Origin: Ktedonobacterales bacterium
GTDB lineage: Bacteria; Chloroflexota; Ktedonobacteria; Ktedonobacterales; JADMIN01
Length of the DNA: 32,000 bases
Direction: 5' to 3'
Assembly: GCA_030167145.1 (NCBI GenBank)
Contig: CP126532.1
Span: 420,001 to 452,000 of the forward strand
Part shown: positions 1 to 7,824 of the stretch, piece by piece
How the letters are laid out: every line of letters begins with the position of its first letter
How positions within the stretch are numbered: position 1 is the first letter of the stretch
Made by a program: the position numbers and the translations under genes
The notes under the pieces: model-generated
The model's input: the letters and a program-made list of their open reading frames with translations, nothing else
Told to the model about the DNA's origin: nothing
Databases searched by the model: none

Positions 1-217
1 TGTACCCAAGGAAGGCGATTGCGTGCGCCGTGAGATGGCCGGAGAGAAAGGTGTCGGATGTGCCTACGCCGAGCGCCAGTAGTTGCTCGCCGATGGCTGG
101 CAGCGCCAACGACCAGACACGTGAACGCAACTCGCGATCAGTTACACTGCTTGCGCTGCCAGTGCTCGTAGCGGTTGCAGCAGGCCCGATGCGGCCGAGC
201 AAGCGCCGCCAGCGCAT
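1..217 (-). CDS. MATE-family efflux transporter, N-terminal fragment (gene continues beyond left edge)
   Basis: - strand frame open to position 1, absent from the ORF track because it has no stop in the window. Translation ...DRELRSRVWSLALPAIGEQLLALGVGTSDTFLSGHLTAHAIAFLGY resembles the conserved TM1 region of NorM/DinF-type MATE proteins (LALP..., DT..., GHL). In-frame ATGs at 217 and 358; in-frame stop at 371-373. The + ORF 30..224 is its antisense shadow. Confidence 0.55.
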   Translation of the reverse strand, partial: MRWRRLLGRIGPAATATSTGSASSVTDRELRSRVWSLALPAIGEQLLALGVGTSDTFLSGHLTAHAIAFLGY

Positions 218-499
218 ACGCTGATGCAGCGCGGCTATGCGCCAGGTAGCCCGGTGACGGGGCGCGGAGGCGCCTAGATGTAGCTTCTTTGTGCGGGACG
301 AGGAACCAGTGGGGGACGTGGTCGCGCGTAACGGGAGACTGACACGATGCAGACGCATACAAACAACCTGCTATGGAACGCCGTGTTAGATGAATATCAC
401 ACATACAAAACGCGAAGAGCGTCATCAACACGACAAGGACAATGGGAGTGAAGCCTTGTAGAGTGTAACGTGCACACATGAACAAGGTAACATAGATCG

Positions 500-523
500 T
501 AACAAAGATGTTAGATGAACATC
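500..523 (-). terminator. Weak candidate intrinsic terminator after the histidine kinase gene
   Basis: On the - strand, GATGTT-CATCT-AACATC (6-bp AT-rich stem) followed by TTTGTTA, about 28 nt past the kinase stop at 552. Short stem and short U tract. Confidence 0.25.
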
Positions 524-551
524 AACCGCTATAGCGTTGGATGTGAGAGGA

Positions 552-2414
552 TTATGGTAAGCGTGTGAGTGGCGGCGCGAGCGGCAACTCCAAGGTGAAA
601 ACCGTGCCAGAACCGGCCTGGCTCTGAACACTCAGTGAGCCGCCGAGCGCCCTGGCGATAGCGTTTGCTATCGGCAACCCCAGCCCAGAGCCTTCTGATC
701 CAACATGCGCGCGATTCCCGTGCTCTTCGTCCGCGAGCGGCGGAATGGTCGGCGTCGGGCGATTCTGGCTCTGTGCGTGTCGTCGGCCCGTCCGCGCAGC
801 ACGATAGAAGCGGTCGAAGATATGTGGCAGATCGTCGGGCGCAATACCCTCACCGTTGTCAGAGACGCTGACAATCGCGTTGCGTTCGGTGCGGTGTACC
901 CACACGCGCACCCATCCGGAGGCATCTTGTCGCCCATATTTCAGCGCATTATCGAGCAGGATGAGCAGTACTTGCTTGAGCCGGTCGGCATCGGCGAGCA
1001 CCTCAAGCCGCCCTGCGCCATCGCCACGCATCGCCACCTCACGCTCGCCAGCGAGAATACGCGCCTGATCCACCGCTTCGCCAACGAGGGCCGTGAGGTC
1101 GAGGCGGCGAACCTCCAGCGGGCGCCCTACATCCAGCCGGGCGAGCGTGAGCAAATCATTCACGAGGCGCGACATGCGCTCAGCCTCGCCACGTACCGCC
1201 AGCAAGACATGCTGGGCAGTTTCCGGGTCATCGCGCACCGCACCGCGCAGCAACACATCCATGTATCCGCGAATGGAGGTAAGCGGAGTACGCAATTCAT
1301 GTGAAGCATCGGCGATGAACTGGCGCATGCGCTCCTCCGAGTGCTGCTGCGCAGCGAACGCGCGCTCGATGCGGGCGATCATCTCATCGAACGAATCGGC
1401 TAGCTGGCCAATTTCATCGCCACCGTGTGGCAGACGAACACGTTGCGAGAGATCACCCGAGGCGATACGGCGCACCGTCGCGGTCATGCGCGTGAGCGGG
1501 CGCAGCGCGCTAGCGGTGAGCGGGCCACCCACCACCACGCCCACGACGAGAATCAACAGCATTGCCAGCAGGAGCAAAATATTCAGATCGGCCAGCGCTA
1601 CGCGGGTCGTCCGGTAGGTGGTGACGACTTCTACGATGCCGAGCGCATTGTTGTTGGCATTGACGCAGCGTGAGACAGTGTTGTAGCGCACAGGAATCAG
1701 AATGATGCCCAGGCGCTGGCCATCTGACCCGGAAGCGTCGTAGCTGACCGTCGCGCCGTTGATCGGGCCAAAGGCGCTGCCCTGGCGCGATTTCGCGACA
1801 GCGGCGAGCGTCTGGCTCAAATGCTTGCGGTCCAGATAGGGGGCATTGTCGCCTACCGGTGTCGCGCCATCTTCAGGAGCAATGACAGCGCCATTGAGAT
1901 CCAGCAGATAGGCTGCCTGAAACGCAGGGTGGCCAACAGTAAGTTGGTTTGCGATAGCTTGTTCGAAAGCCTGCTGATAGCTCAGCGCATCGGTGCAATT
2001 CGCGGTACGTCCATTGACGATACGCTGGTAGGCGCTTTGCCCTAGAGTGACCGCAGCCTTGGCCTCGTTGGTGAGTCGCGCCTGCTCAGCGCTGTACAGC
2101 ACCCGACCAATCGCGACATCCAGCACAATGCCCAGCGCCAACAACAAAATCGCAAGCATACCAACATAGGTCAACGTCACACGCCAGCGGAGCGTGCGTA
2201 TCCAGCGCATACGCCCATCACGCCCATCACGACCATCACGACCATCACGCCCTTGCCCATCAGATGCGCGCGGCGCGGAGCCGGGTAATCGCGAAGGCAC
2301 AGCCGCAAGGGCATGGTTATCAGAGGCGCGAAGGTCACCGCTGGCGGGCTGCGTTGGCAGGTCGGAAACGTTGGCTGTGTCTGATGCTGAAGGGCGTCGC
2401 GACATTGGAGTCAT
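552..2414 (-). CDS. Sensor histidine kinase (TM, extracytoplasmic domain, HAMP, HisKA, HATPase_c)
   Basis: H-box FIADASHELRTPLTSIRGY, N-box LLDNALKYG, G1 DNGEGI, G2 GSGLGL, HAMP-like LRPLTRMTATVRRIASGDL. ATGA start/stop overlap with the upstream response regulator. Confidence 0.95.
   Translation of the reverse strand: MTPMSRRPSASDTANVSDLPTQPASGDLRASDNHALAAVPSRLPGSAPRASDGQGRDGRDGRDGRDGRMRWIRTLRWRVTLTYVGMLAILLLALGIVLDVAIGRVLYSAEQARLTNEAKAAVTLGQSAYQRIVNGRTANCTDALSYQQAFEQAIANQLTVGHPAFQAAYLLDLNGAVIAPEDGATPVGDNAPYLDRKHLSQTLAAVAKSRQGSAFGPINGATVSYDASGSDGQRLGIILIPVRYNTVSRCVNANNNALGIVEVVTTYRTTRVALADLNILLLLAMLLILVVGVVVGGPLTASALRPLTRMTATVRRIASGDLSQRVRLPHGGDEIGQLADSFDEMIARIERAFAAQQHSEERMRQFIADASHELRTPLTSIRGYMDVLLRGAVRDDPETAQHVLLAVRGEAERMSRLVNDLLTLARLDVGRPLEVRRLDLTALVGEAVDQARILAGEREVAMRGDGAGRLEVLADADRLKQVLLILLDNALKYGRQDASGWVRVWVHRTERNAIVSVSDNGEGIAPDDLPHIFDRFYRAARTGRRHAQSQNRPTPTIPPLADEEHGNRAHVGSEGSGLGLPIANAIARALGGSLSVQSQAGSGTVFTLELPLAPPLTRLP
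2212..2252 (-). repeat. In-frame 9-nt tandem repeat (about 4.5 copies) encoding (DGR)n in the kinase N-terminal tail
   Basis: + strand cgcccatca cgcccatca cgaccatca cgaccatca cgccc. Protein reads GRDGRDGRDGRDGR. Confidence 0.85.
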
Positions 2415-3172
2415 CAGCCCTTCATGACATAGCCAACGCTACGCACAGTCTGGATGAGTTTGGGATTACTCGGCTCATCTTCTAGCTTTTCACGCAAATA
2501 GCGCACGTAGACCTCGATAATGTTGGTTTCGCCCATAAAGTCGTAGCCCCAGACGCGGTTCAGGATCGTCTGGCGGTCGAGCACCTGGCGTGGATGTGTC
2601 ATGAAGAGATGGAGCAGATTGTATTCGGTCGCGGTCAACTCGATGATGCGGTCGCCGCGTTGCACCTCGCGCGCCGCTTCATCCAATGTCACATCCGCAA
2701 CACGCAACACACGTCCACCGGGGCCGCCTGCCGCGACCACACGCTGCTGGCGGCGCAGCAGCGCCCGCACACGCGCCAGTAGCTCCTCGAAACTGAAGGG
2801 TTTGGTCAGGTAGTCATCGGCGCCGCTTTCCAGGCCCGTGACGCGGTCACGTACTTCGTCTTTCGCCGTGAGCATCAGGATAGGAATGTCAGTGGTGGCC
2901 TCATTCTCGCGCAGGCGGCGGCATACTTCAATGCCATCCAGTCCGGGCAGCATCACATCCAGAATGATGAGGCTGGGCCGCAGTCGCTGCGCCATATCTA
3001 TGCCAGAGATACCGTCGCCCGCATCGTCCACCCGATAGCCCTCGTAGCGCATGCCAAGGCGAATAAAGTCCACAATGTTCTGCTCGTCATCTACCACGAG
3101 CAATCGCGGCCGACTGTCCTCAGGTGACGCTGATCGGTCTCGCGAGCTAGATGGCGTTCCATGTTGGTCCAC
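2414..3172 (-). CDS. OmpR/PhoB-family response regulator (REC + winged-helix DNA-binding domain)
   Basis: LLVVDDE...LIILDVMLPGLDG...MLTAK receiver motifs. C-terminal LTATEYNLLHLFMTHPRQVLDR...VRSVGYVM winged helix. GTG start with GTGGAGGG upstream. Confidence 0.95.
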   Translation of the reverse strand: MDQHGTPSSSRDRSASPEDSRPRLLVVDDEQNIVDFIRLGMRYEGYRVDDAGDGISGIDMAQRLRPSLIILDVMLPGLDGIEVCRRLRENEATTDIPILMLTAKDEVRDRVTGLESGADDYLTKPFSFEELLARVRALLRRQQRVVAAGGPGGRVLRVADVTLDEAAREVQRGDRIIELTATEYNLLHLFMTHPRQVLDRQTILNRVWGYDFMGETNIIEVYVRYLREKLEDEPSNPKLIQTVRSVGYVMKG

Positions 3173-3464
3173 GCTGGTGCGCCCTCCACACTGACACGCA
3201 CGCTATCCACGGCGCTGTCGCGCGCATTATATGCGGCATCTGATATGCGAACAAGAAAAGAGGGACTCATGCCGCCGTTCTCTCAGGCAATTCTCAGCGC
3301 GCAACATGAGGCATAGCGCACTGCCGCTATTACCTTGGTCCTGTGTGTGGGACAGGTCGCGGAGCGATTCGCTTTAACATGCGAGGCATCTATTCATCTT
3401 CCCCCGACGGCACATATCCCCAACGACGACCGACGCACTTATCGAGAACCAGAAGCGAGGCAAC

Positions 3465-3965
3465 GTGATGGCGCAACACCGGCGCACCCCGCAGGGAGAC
3501 CAGCCACCCTGCGGCAGCGTGCGCACCTGTACTACGTACCGAGATGAGCTGGCGCGGCACCGCGTAATTACGTCAGACGGCTACGATTATGTCGTGGCTA
3601 CCACTTTCGAGCGGCGTGAACAGCAACCTTACCTCACCGGAGCATACCCCATCATTCGTGGCTATCTGGTGATGATGCGTCAGCCGCTCTTCGAGGTTCG
3701 CAGCGAGAACGAAACCAAGGCGCGCGAGCAACACGAGCAACTCGTGAGCGTGCTGGCAGAAGCTGGCATCAAAGTCGTGCGCGCACGACGCACGCTCGCG
3801 GCGCGACGTATGGCGGAGAAGCGCGAGGCGCTGGCAGAGGCGCAACATCGCGCGCTGAACGAAGCAAGCCACAAGGTAGCGGTGATGCGTCCGCGCGCAG
3901 TGGCGCCCACTATGGTGGCGATTCGCACGCGTGACGAAAGCAACATAGACCCCGCGCTGATCTAA
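3465..3965 (+). CDS. Hypothetical protein (basic N-terminus, predicted helical Arg/Ala/Glu-rich C-terminal half)
   Basis: 166-aa ORF whose third-position GC matches its neighbours. No motif recognised. The antisense ORFs 3573..3980 and 3680..3946 look like shadows. Confidence 0.5.
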   Translation: MMAQHRRTPQGDQPPCGSVRTCTTYRDELARHRVITSDGYDYVVATTFERREQQPYLTGAYPIIRGYLVMMRQPLFEVRSENETKAREQHEQLVSVLAEAGIKVVRARRTLAARRMAEKREALAEAQHRALNEASHKVAVMRPRAVAPTMVAIRTRDESNIDPALI

Positions 3966-3983
3966 CACACTAGATGCCATGGC

Positions 3984-4466
3984 TCAAGGAACGATTGACC
4001 AGTCAGGCGGCAGTTCATAGGTGAATTCGCGCCTGCTCAGAAATCGGCCATTGTGGTAGTTGACCGTGCCAGCGCGCGCGAGCATCTCATCGGTGTTCGC
4101 GATCTGCACGATGCGTTTTGCGCGCAGGTTGAACAGGATTACGCCTGCGCGCACTGGCTGCAAGCTGACTTCACGGGTGAGCGCATCAAGCACACGAAAG
4201 ACGGGCATTTCACGCTTGGGCAGCGTCGCAAGTTGCTCGTGAATGCGTTGTGTAGCGCCAGGCAGATTGTGTTCATCAAAGACCGCGAGGCCGTTGAGCA
4301 CGAGCGCGCGTAATCCACGATCATACGTCGTCGCAGCCGCCAGCATATCGTGCAATGTCGTCGGATTCTCAGCACAAGCCGCGGTGAGAGCCAGCGCCGC
4401 AGAGGTGTGAGCCACGAAGCTCACGGTTCCGCGCTCATCCACAACAGTAAAGCGCATCACATCCAC
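3984..4466 (-). CDS. Hypothetical protein
   Basis: 160-aa ORF, GTG start with SD GAAGGGAG 6 nt upstream. No recognisable family. Confidence 0.55.
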   Translation of the reverse strand: MDVMRFTVVDERGTVSFVAHTSAALALTAACAENPTTLHDMLAAATTYDRGLRALVLNGLAVFDEHNLPGATQRIHEQLATLPKREMPVFRVLDALTREVSLQPVRAGVILFNLRAKRIVQIANTDEMLARAGTVNYHNGRFLSRREFTYELPPDWSIVP

Positions 4467-4573
4467 AGCAGGCTCCCTTCATTTATCCATTGGCGCGCAT
4501 TGTCCTTCCAGGGTACATCTGAGTCTCCGACTTGCACAAGATGTCTGGCCATGTTGCGAAGAACGCGCGCCGC

Positions 4574-4603
4574 TTGACGATGTGTACGCCAGCATGCTAC
4601 ACT
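4574..4603 (+). promoter_or_regulatory. Candidate sigma70-type promoter for the first KGG stress gene
   Basis: TTGACG - 18 nt - TACACT, about 50 nt upstream of the ATG at 4656. Confidence 0.3.
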
Positions 4604-4655
4604 CTCGCTAACGAGCGGACGGCAGTGAAGATGCGCAAGAGGGGAGTGGAGAGCG

Positions 4656-5042
4656 ATGGCGGGCAAAACAGGCACGCAGGTGAAAGCGCGAACCAAAGCT
4701 CAGGTGGATGACCACGCGGCGCCAGAACCGATGACGGCTGCCGCAGCCGGGCGTCGCGGTGGCGCGGCGGTCCGCGAAAAGTACGGCGAGGATTATTACC
4801 GGCGCATTGGCACACTTGGCGGCAACGCATTGAAGCAAAAGCGTGGCAGCGACTATTATCGCGACATCGCCAAGAAGGGCGGACGCGCGAATGTCGAGAA
4901 GTACGGACCCGACCACTTCGCGGAAATGGGAAAAAAAGGCGGCACGACGACGAAACAGCGTCAACCGAGCGACTTTTACAGCCGCATCGGCAAGCTCGGC
5001 GGCACGGCCAAGCGCAACAAAAAGTCACCAACCGAGCAGTAA
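4656..5042 (+). CDS. GsiB/YciG-like general stress protein with KGG repeats
   Basis: About 4.5 copies of a roughly 20-aa repeat G.DYY..IG.KGG (EDYYRRIGTLGG, SDYYRDIAKKGG, PDHFAEMGKKGG, SDFYSRIGKLGG), as in B. subtilis GsiB and E. coli YciG. SD GGGGAG upstream. Confidence 0.8.
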   Translation: MAGKTGTQVKARTKAQVDDHAAPEPMTAAAAGRRGGAAVREKYGEDYYRRIGTLGGNALKQKRGSDYYRDIAKKGGRANVEKYGPDHFAEMGKKGGTTTKQRQPSDFYSRIGKLGGTAKRNKKSPTEQ

Positions 5043-5057
5043 TCAGGATGCTGTGGA

Positions 5058-6149
5058 TTACTCGCCGCTCGTAGTGGGAAGCGCCGCTTTGGCTTCCAAT
5101 CCTTTTACGCCCTGCGCGATGACCTCTGGCAGCCGCGCCTCAGCGGCCTGGCGCGCCACACGAATTGCATTTTTGATGGCCTTCGCTTTCGAGCGCCCAT
5201 GCGAGATGATCGAGATGCCATTGACGCCGAGCACGGGAACACCACCATACTCCTCATAGTCGAGCTTGGTTCGTACGCGATCGAACGCTGGCTTGGCCAG
5301 CAGCGCGCCAACTTTGGTGACGGTCTGCGACATCAACTCCTCTTTGATGGTCGCGAGCAACATCTTTGCCAACCCCTCGCTGAGCTTTAGCGCCACATTG
5401 CCCACAAAGCCATCGCAGACTACCACATCCACCGAGCCGTCATTCAGATTGCGGCCCTCCACATTACCGATGAAGTTGAGGTCCAGGCCGGGTGCGGCGT
5501 CTTTGATGAGTTGGTGCGCCTGCTGAGTAAGCTGATCGCCTTTGGATTCTTCCTCGCCGTTCGAGAGCAGACCCACGCGCGGGCGCTCCACGCCAAAGAC
5601 GCTTCGCATATAGGCATGCCCCATATACGCGAATTGGAGCAGATATGAAGGCTTACAGTCGGTGTTCGCTCCCATGTCGATAATCAAGGTTTGCCGCCCA
5701 CCCGCAGCAGGAACCACACCGCCGAATGCCGGACGCTCGATACCACGAATGCGGCGCAACGTGAAGATCGCCGCTGCCAGCACGGCGCCGCTGTTGCCCG
5801 CCGAGACCGCGGCGACGGCGCGACCGTCACGCACCAACTCGTGGGCGAGGGTAATGCTATTGCGCTTCTTGGCGCGCACCGCTTCAGCAGGGTGCTCGTC
5901 CATACCGATTACCTCGTCGGCATGGACCACCTCCAGGTCTAGCCCTGCAATGTCGTATTTCGCCAGTTGGGGGCGAATAGCATCCTCTGGCCCAACCAAT
6001 AGTACGCCGACGTGCTGCTCACGCGCGGCCTGCACTGCTCCCAACACGACTTCTTCGGGGGCATAATCGCCGCCCATCGCGTCGAGAGCGATGCGCATGC
6101 GTGCGGTCGCGCCGCCCTGCCGCTCTGGCTGTTCCACTGCCTCGGCCAT
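5058..6149 (-). CDS. plsX: Phosphate acyltransferase PlsX
   Basis: MRIALDAMGGDYAPEEVV, SAGNSGA and HGRSKAKAIKNAI are PlsX hallmarks. Strong SD GAGGGGGAG before the ATG at 6149; alternative start at 6098 (MRIALD...). Confidence 0.95.
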   Translation of the reverse strand: MAEAVEQPERQGGATARMRIALDAMGGDYAPEEVVLGAVQAAREQHVGVLLVGPEDAIRPQLAKYDIAGLDLEVVHADEVIGMDEHPAEAVRAKKRNSITLAHELVRDGRAVAAVSAGNSGAVLAAAIFTLRRIRGIERPAFGGVVPAAGGRQTLIIDMGANTDCKPSYLLQFAYMGHAYMRSVFGVERPRVGLLSNGEEESKGDQLTQQAHQLIKDAAPGLDLNFIGNVEGRNLNDGSVDVVVCDGFVGNVALKLSEGLAKMLLATIKEELMSQTVTKVGALLAKPAFDRVRTKLDYEEYGGVPVLGVNGISIISHGRSKAKAIKNAIRVARQAAEARLPEVIAQGVKGLEAKAALPTTSGE

Positions 6150-6200
6150 ACGCTCCCCCTCAGATCACTCTCAACTATATCGCCAATGCACTTCCTGGAA

Positions 6201-6575
6201 TTACCCAATCGTTTGCTTGACGAGTTGCGCCACATTGTTGACATCGAACGGTTTCTTCACGATGTGCCGCACGCCCAGACTCTTGAGTATTGGCTCTTCG
6301 CGCGCCAGTTCCGCATCCGCCTTGGCGGTCACAACAATGACGGGAATGCCGGAGGTGTCTGGGCTAAGTTGCATCAGCCGCAGTTCGTCCTGGCCATCCA
6401 GGTATGGCATCATCAAATCGAGCAATATCAAGTCGGGTTTGTATTCACGTACAAGGTCGTAAAATCGCAGACTCTGCAACGCCTTCTCTACTTGGTACCC
6501 CTCATCCGTCAGCGCTATCGCCAGCACCTCGGCAATCGGCGCATCATCTTCCGCAACGAGAATCTTCTTTGCCAC
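6201..6575 (-). CDS. Stand-alone CheY-like response regulator receiver
   Basis: KKILVAEDD...DLILLDLMMPYLDG...VVTAK...KKPF receiver motifs. GTG at 6575 preceded by AAAGGATGGGA. The 186-aa track ORF (to 6761) is probably over-extended. Confidence 0.85.
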   Translation of the reverse strand: MAKKILVAEDDAPIAEVLAIALTDEGYQVEKALQSLRFYDLVREYKPDLILLDLMMPYLDGQDELRLMQLSPDTSGIPVIVVTAKADAELAREEPILKSLGVRHIVKKPFDVNNVAQLVKQTIG

Positions 6576-6797
6576 GGCAGTATCCCATCCTTTTCGAAGA
6601 CCAGAAGCGCTATTTGCCACGTGCCCAGCCAGCCGCCCGCACCTACCGGCGCGCATTCCCTGCCACATGGCCATGGCGCGTCTACAATCTGCGCCAACGC
6701 TGATTTTGGCAGCATTGTACACCGTCTGGGTGAAGAACGGCAATTTTCTCATTAGTCCCATGCCAGCTATAGGACATTCAACCTACCACCCATGGGT

Positions 6798-7697
6798 TCA
6801 CCCTCGCGGCGAGAGCAACGCATCCACCTGCACTGTCCCCGCCATGTGGGCAAAGGCCTCAGCAGCCGGCGGCAGACGGCGTCCCGGCCAGTGGGCCAGC
6901 GCCACCTCGTAGGGCGGCAACTCCACATCCCGTATCGCGATGCGCACGAGGTCACCACGCTGCAGCTCTTCCCAAATCGCAAGTGCGGGCAGCACCGTGA
7001 CACCCACACCTTGCAGCAAGAGTTGGGTCATCACCTCGCCTGCCGTTGCTTCCAGACTGACCTGCGCGCCAGGTGGCAGCACATAGCGTAAGCCCACATG
7101 CGTTGGACCGGCCTGCGATGAAAGGATGGTATGTCCGGCGAGATCCGCGCGCTCACATTCACGCCTGCGGGCGAGCGGGTGCTGCTTCGCGGCGACCAGA
7201 ACGAGAGGATCACTATAGGTCCAGAGCACTTCGGCGCGTGGGTGCATCTGCGCACGTGAACATACGGCAAGCTGCATCGTGCCATCCATCAACCCCTCCA
7301 TCAGTGCCGGGCTGAGTGCCGTCCGGACACGAATCGTCACCGAAGGATGCGAACGCCAGAACGCTTCGATCATGCGCGGTACGAGATACTGGCTTGCCGT
7401 CGGGTTCGCGCCCAGGATGAGCTGGCCGAGGCCACCGGTGGCGATACGCCGTACTTCGTGGAGACTCTCCTGGCGGAGCGCAAGCATGCGCTCCGCATAC
7501 GGCAGCAACGCACGACCCTCGTCTGTCAGTTCCAAGGTATGACCATGCCGGATGAAGAGCGACGTGCCAAGCTCGCCTTCCAATGCAGCAATACGTCCGC
7601 TCAGTGTTGACTGCGCCAGGTCAAGCAGCACCGCCGCACGCGAAAAGTTGCGGGTGCGCGCCACTTGAATGAATGTCTCGAGCTGATCTAGGGTCAT
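6798..7697 (-). CDS. LysR-family transcriptional regulator
   Basis: Canonical N-terminal HTH MTLDQLETFIQVARTRNFSRAAVLLDLAQSTLSGRIAALEGELGTSLFIR plus a LysR substrate-binding domain. Start at ATG 7697 preferred over the GTG at 7736. Confidence 0.9.
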   Translation of the reverse strand: MTLDQLETFIQVARTRNFSRAAVLLDLAQSTLSGRIAALEGELGTSLFIRHGHTLELTDEGRALLPYAERMLALRQESLHEVRRIATGGLGQLILGANPTASQYLVPRMIEAFWRSHPSVTIRVRTALSPALMEGLMDGTMQLAVCSRAQMHPRAEVLWTYSDPLVLVAAKQHPLARRRECERADLAGHTILSSQAGPTHVGLRYVLPPGAQVSLEATAGEVMTQLLLQGVGVTVLPALAIWEELQRGDLVRIAIRDVELPPYEVALAHWPGRRLPPAAEAFAHMAGTVQVDALLSPRG

Positions 7698-7715
7698 TTC
7701 TGCCAGACCATCTTC

Positions 7716-7732
7716 TATCGGAAAATCCGATA
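7716..7732. promoter_or_regulatory. Candidate LysR box (T-N11-A dyad)
   Basis: Perfect inverted repeat TATCGGA-AAA-TCCGATA containing T-N11-A. Lies 19 nt upstream of the LysR ATG in the divergent intergenic region. Confidence 0.45.
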
Positions 7733-7824
7733 ACACATAGATGCACTACTGTCTGGAAGTATAGCGCGACATCGGCTACGCTACGGTTATGCGATGACCG
7801 TACATCCTACGAGGAGGTGGCGCA

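Noticed and set aside
705-1617. + strand ORFs 705..1304 (199 aa) and 1093..1617 (174 aa)
   Set aside because: Antisense to the histidine kinase, whose H, N, G1 and G2 boxes are all present on the - strand.
2212-2262. Short tandem repeats checked as a possible CRISPR or minisatellite
   Set aside because: The unit is only 9 nt, there are no spacers, and it lies inside a coding frame. It is a coding microsatellite, not a CRISPR array.
3229-3249. Direct repeat ATATGCG twice, 14 bp apart, upstream of the response regulator gene, considered as an OmpR-type autoregulatory site
   Set aside because: Only 7 nt long, with spacing that is not a helical repeat, and no further copies. It is too short to separate from chance.
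5039-5061. GTAATC-N11-GATTAC inverted repeat whose arms contain the stop codons of the convergent KGG and plsX genes
   Set aside because: The 6-bp AT-rich stem has no U tract on either side. It is probably coincidental (both arms are TAA-containing) and too weak to call a bidirectional terminator.
6012-6755. 247-aa + strand ORF
   Set aside because: It spans the plsX start, the intergenic gap and the whole CheY-like receiver in antisense. It has no motifs.
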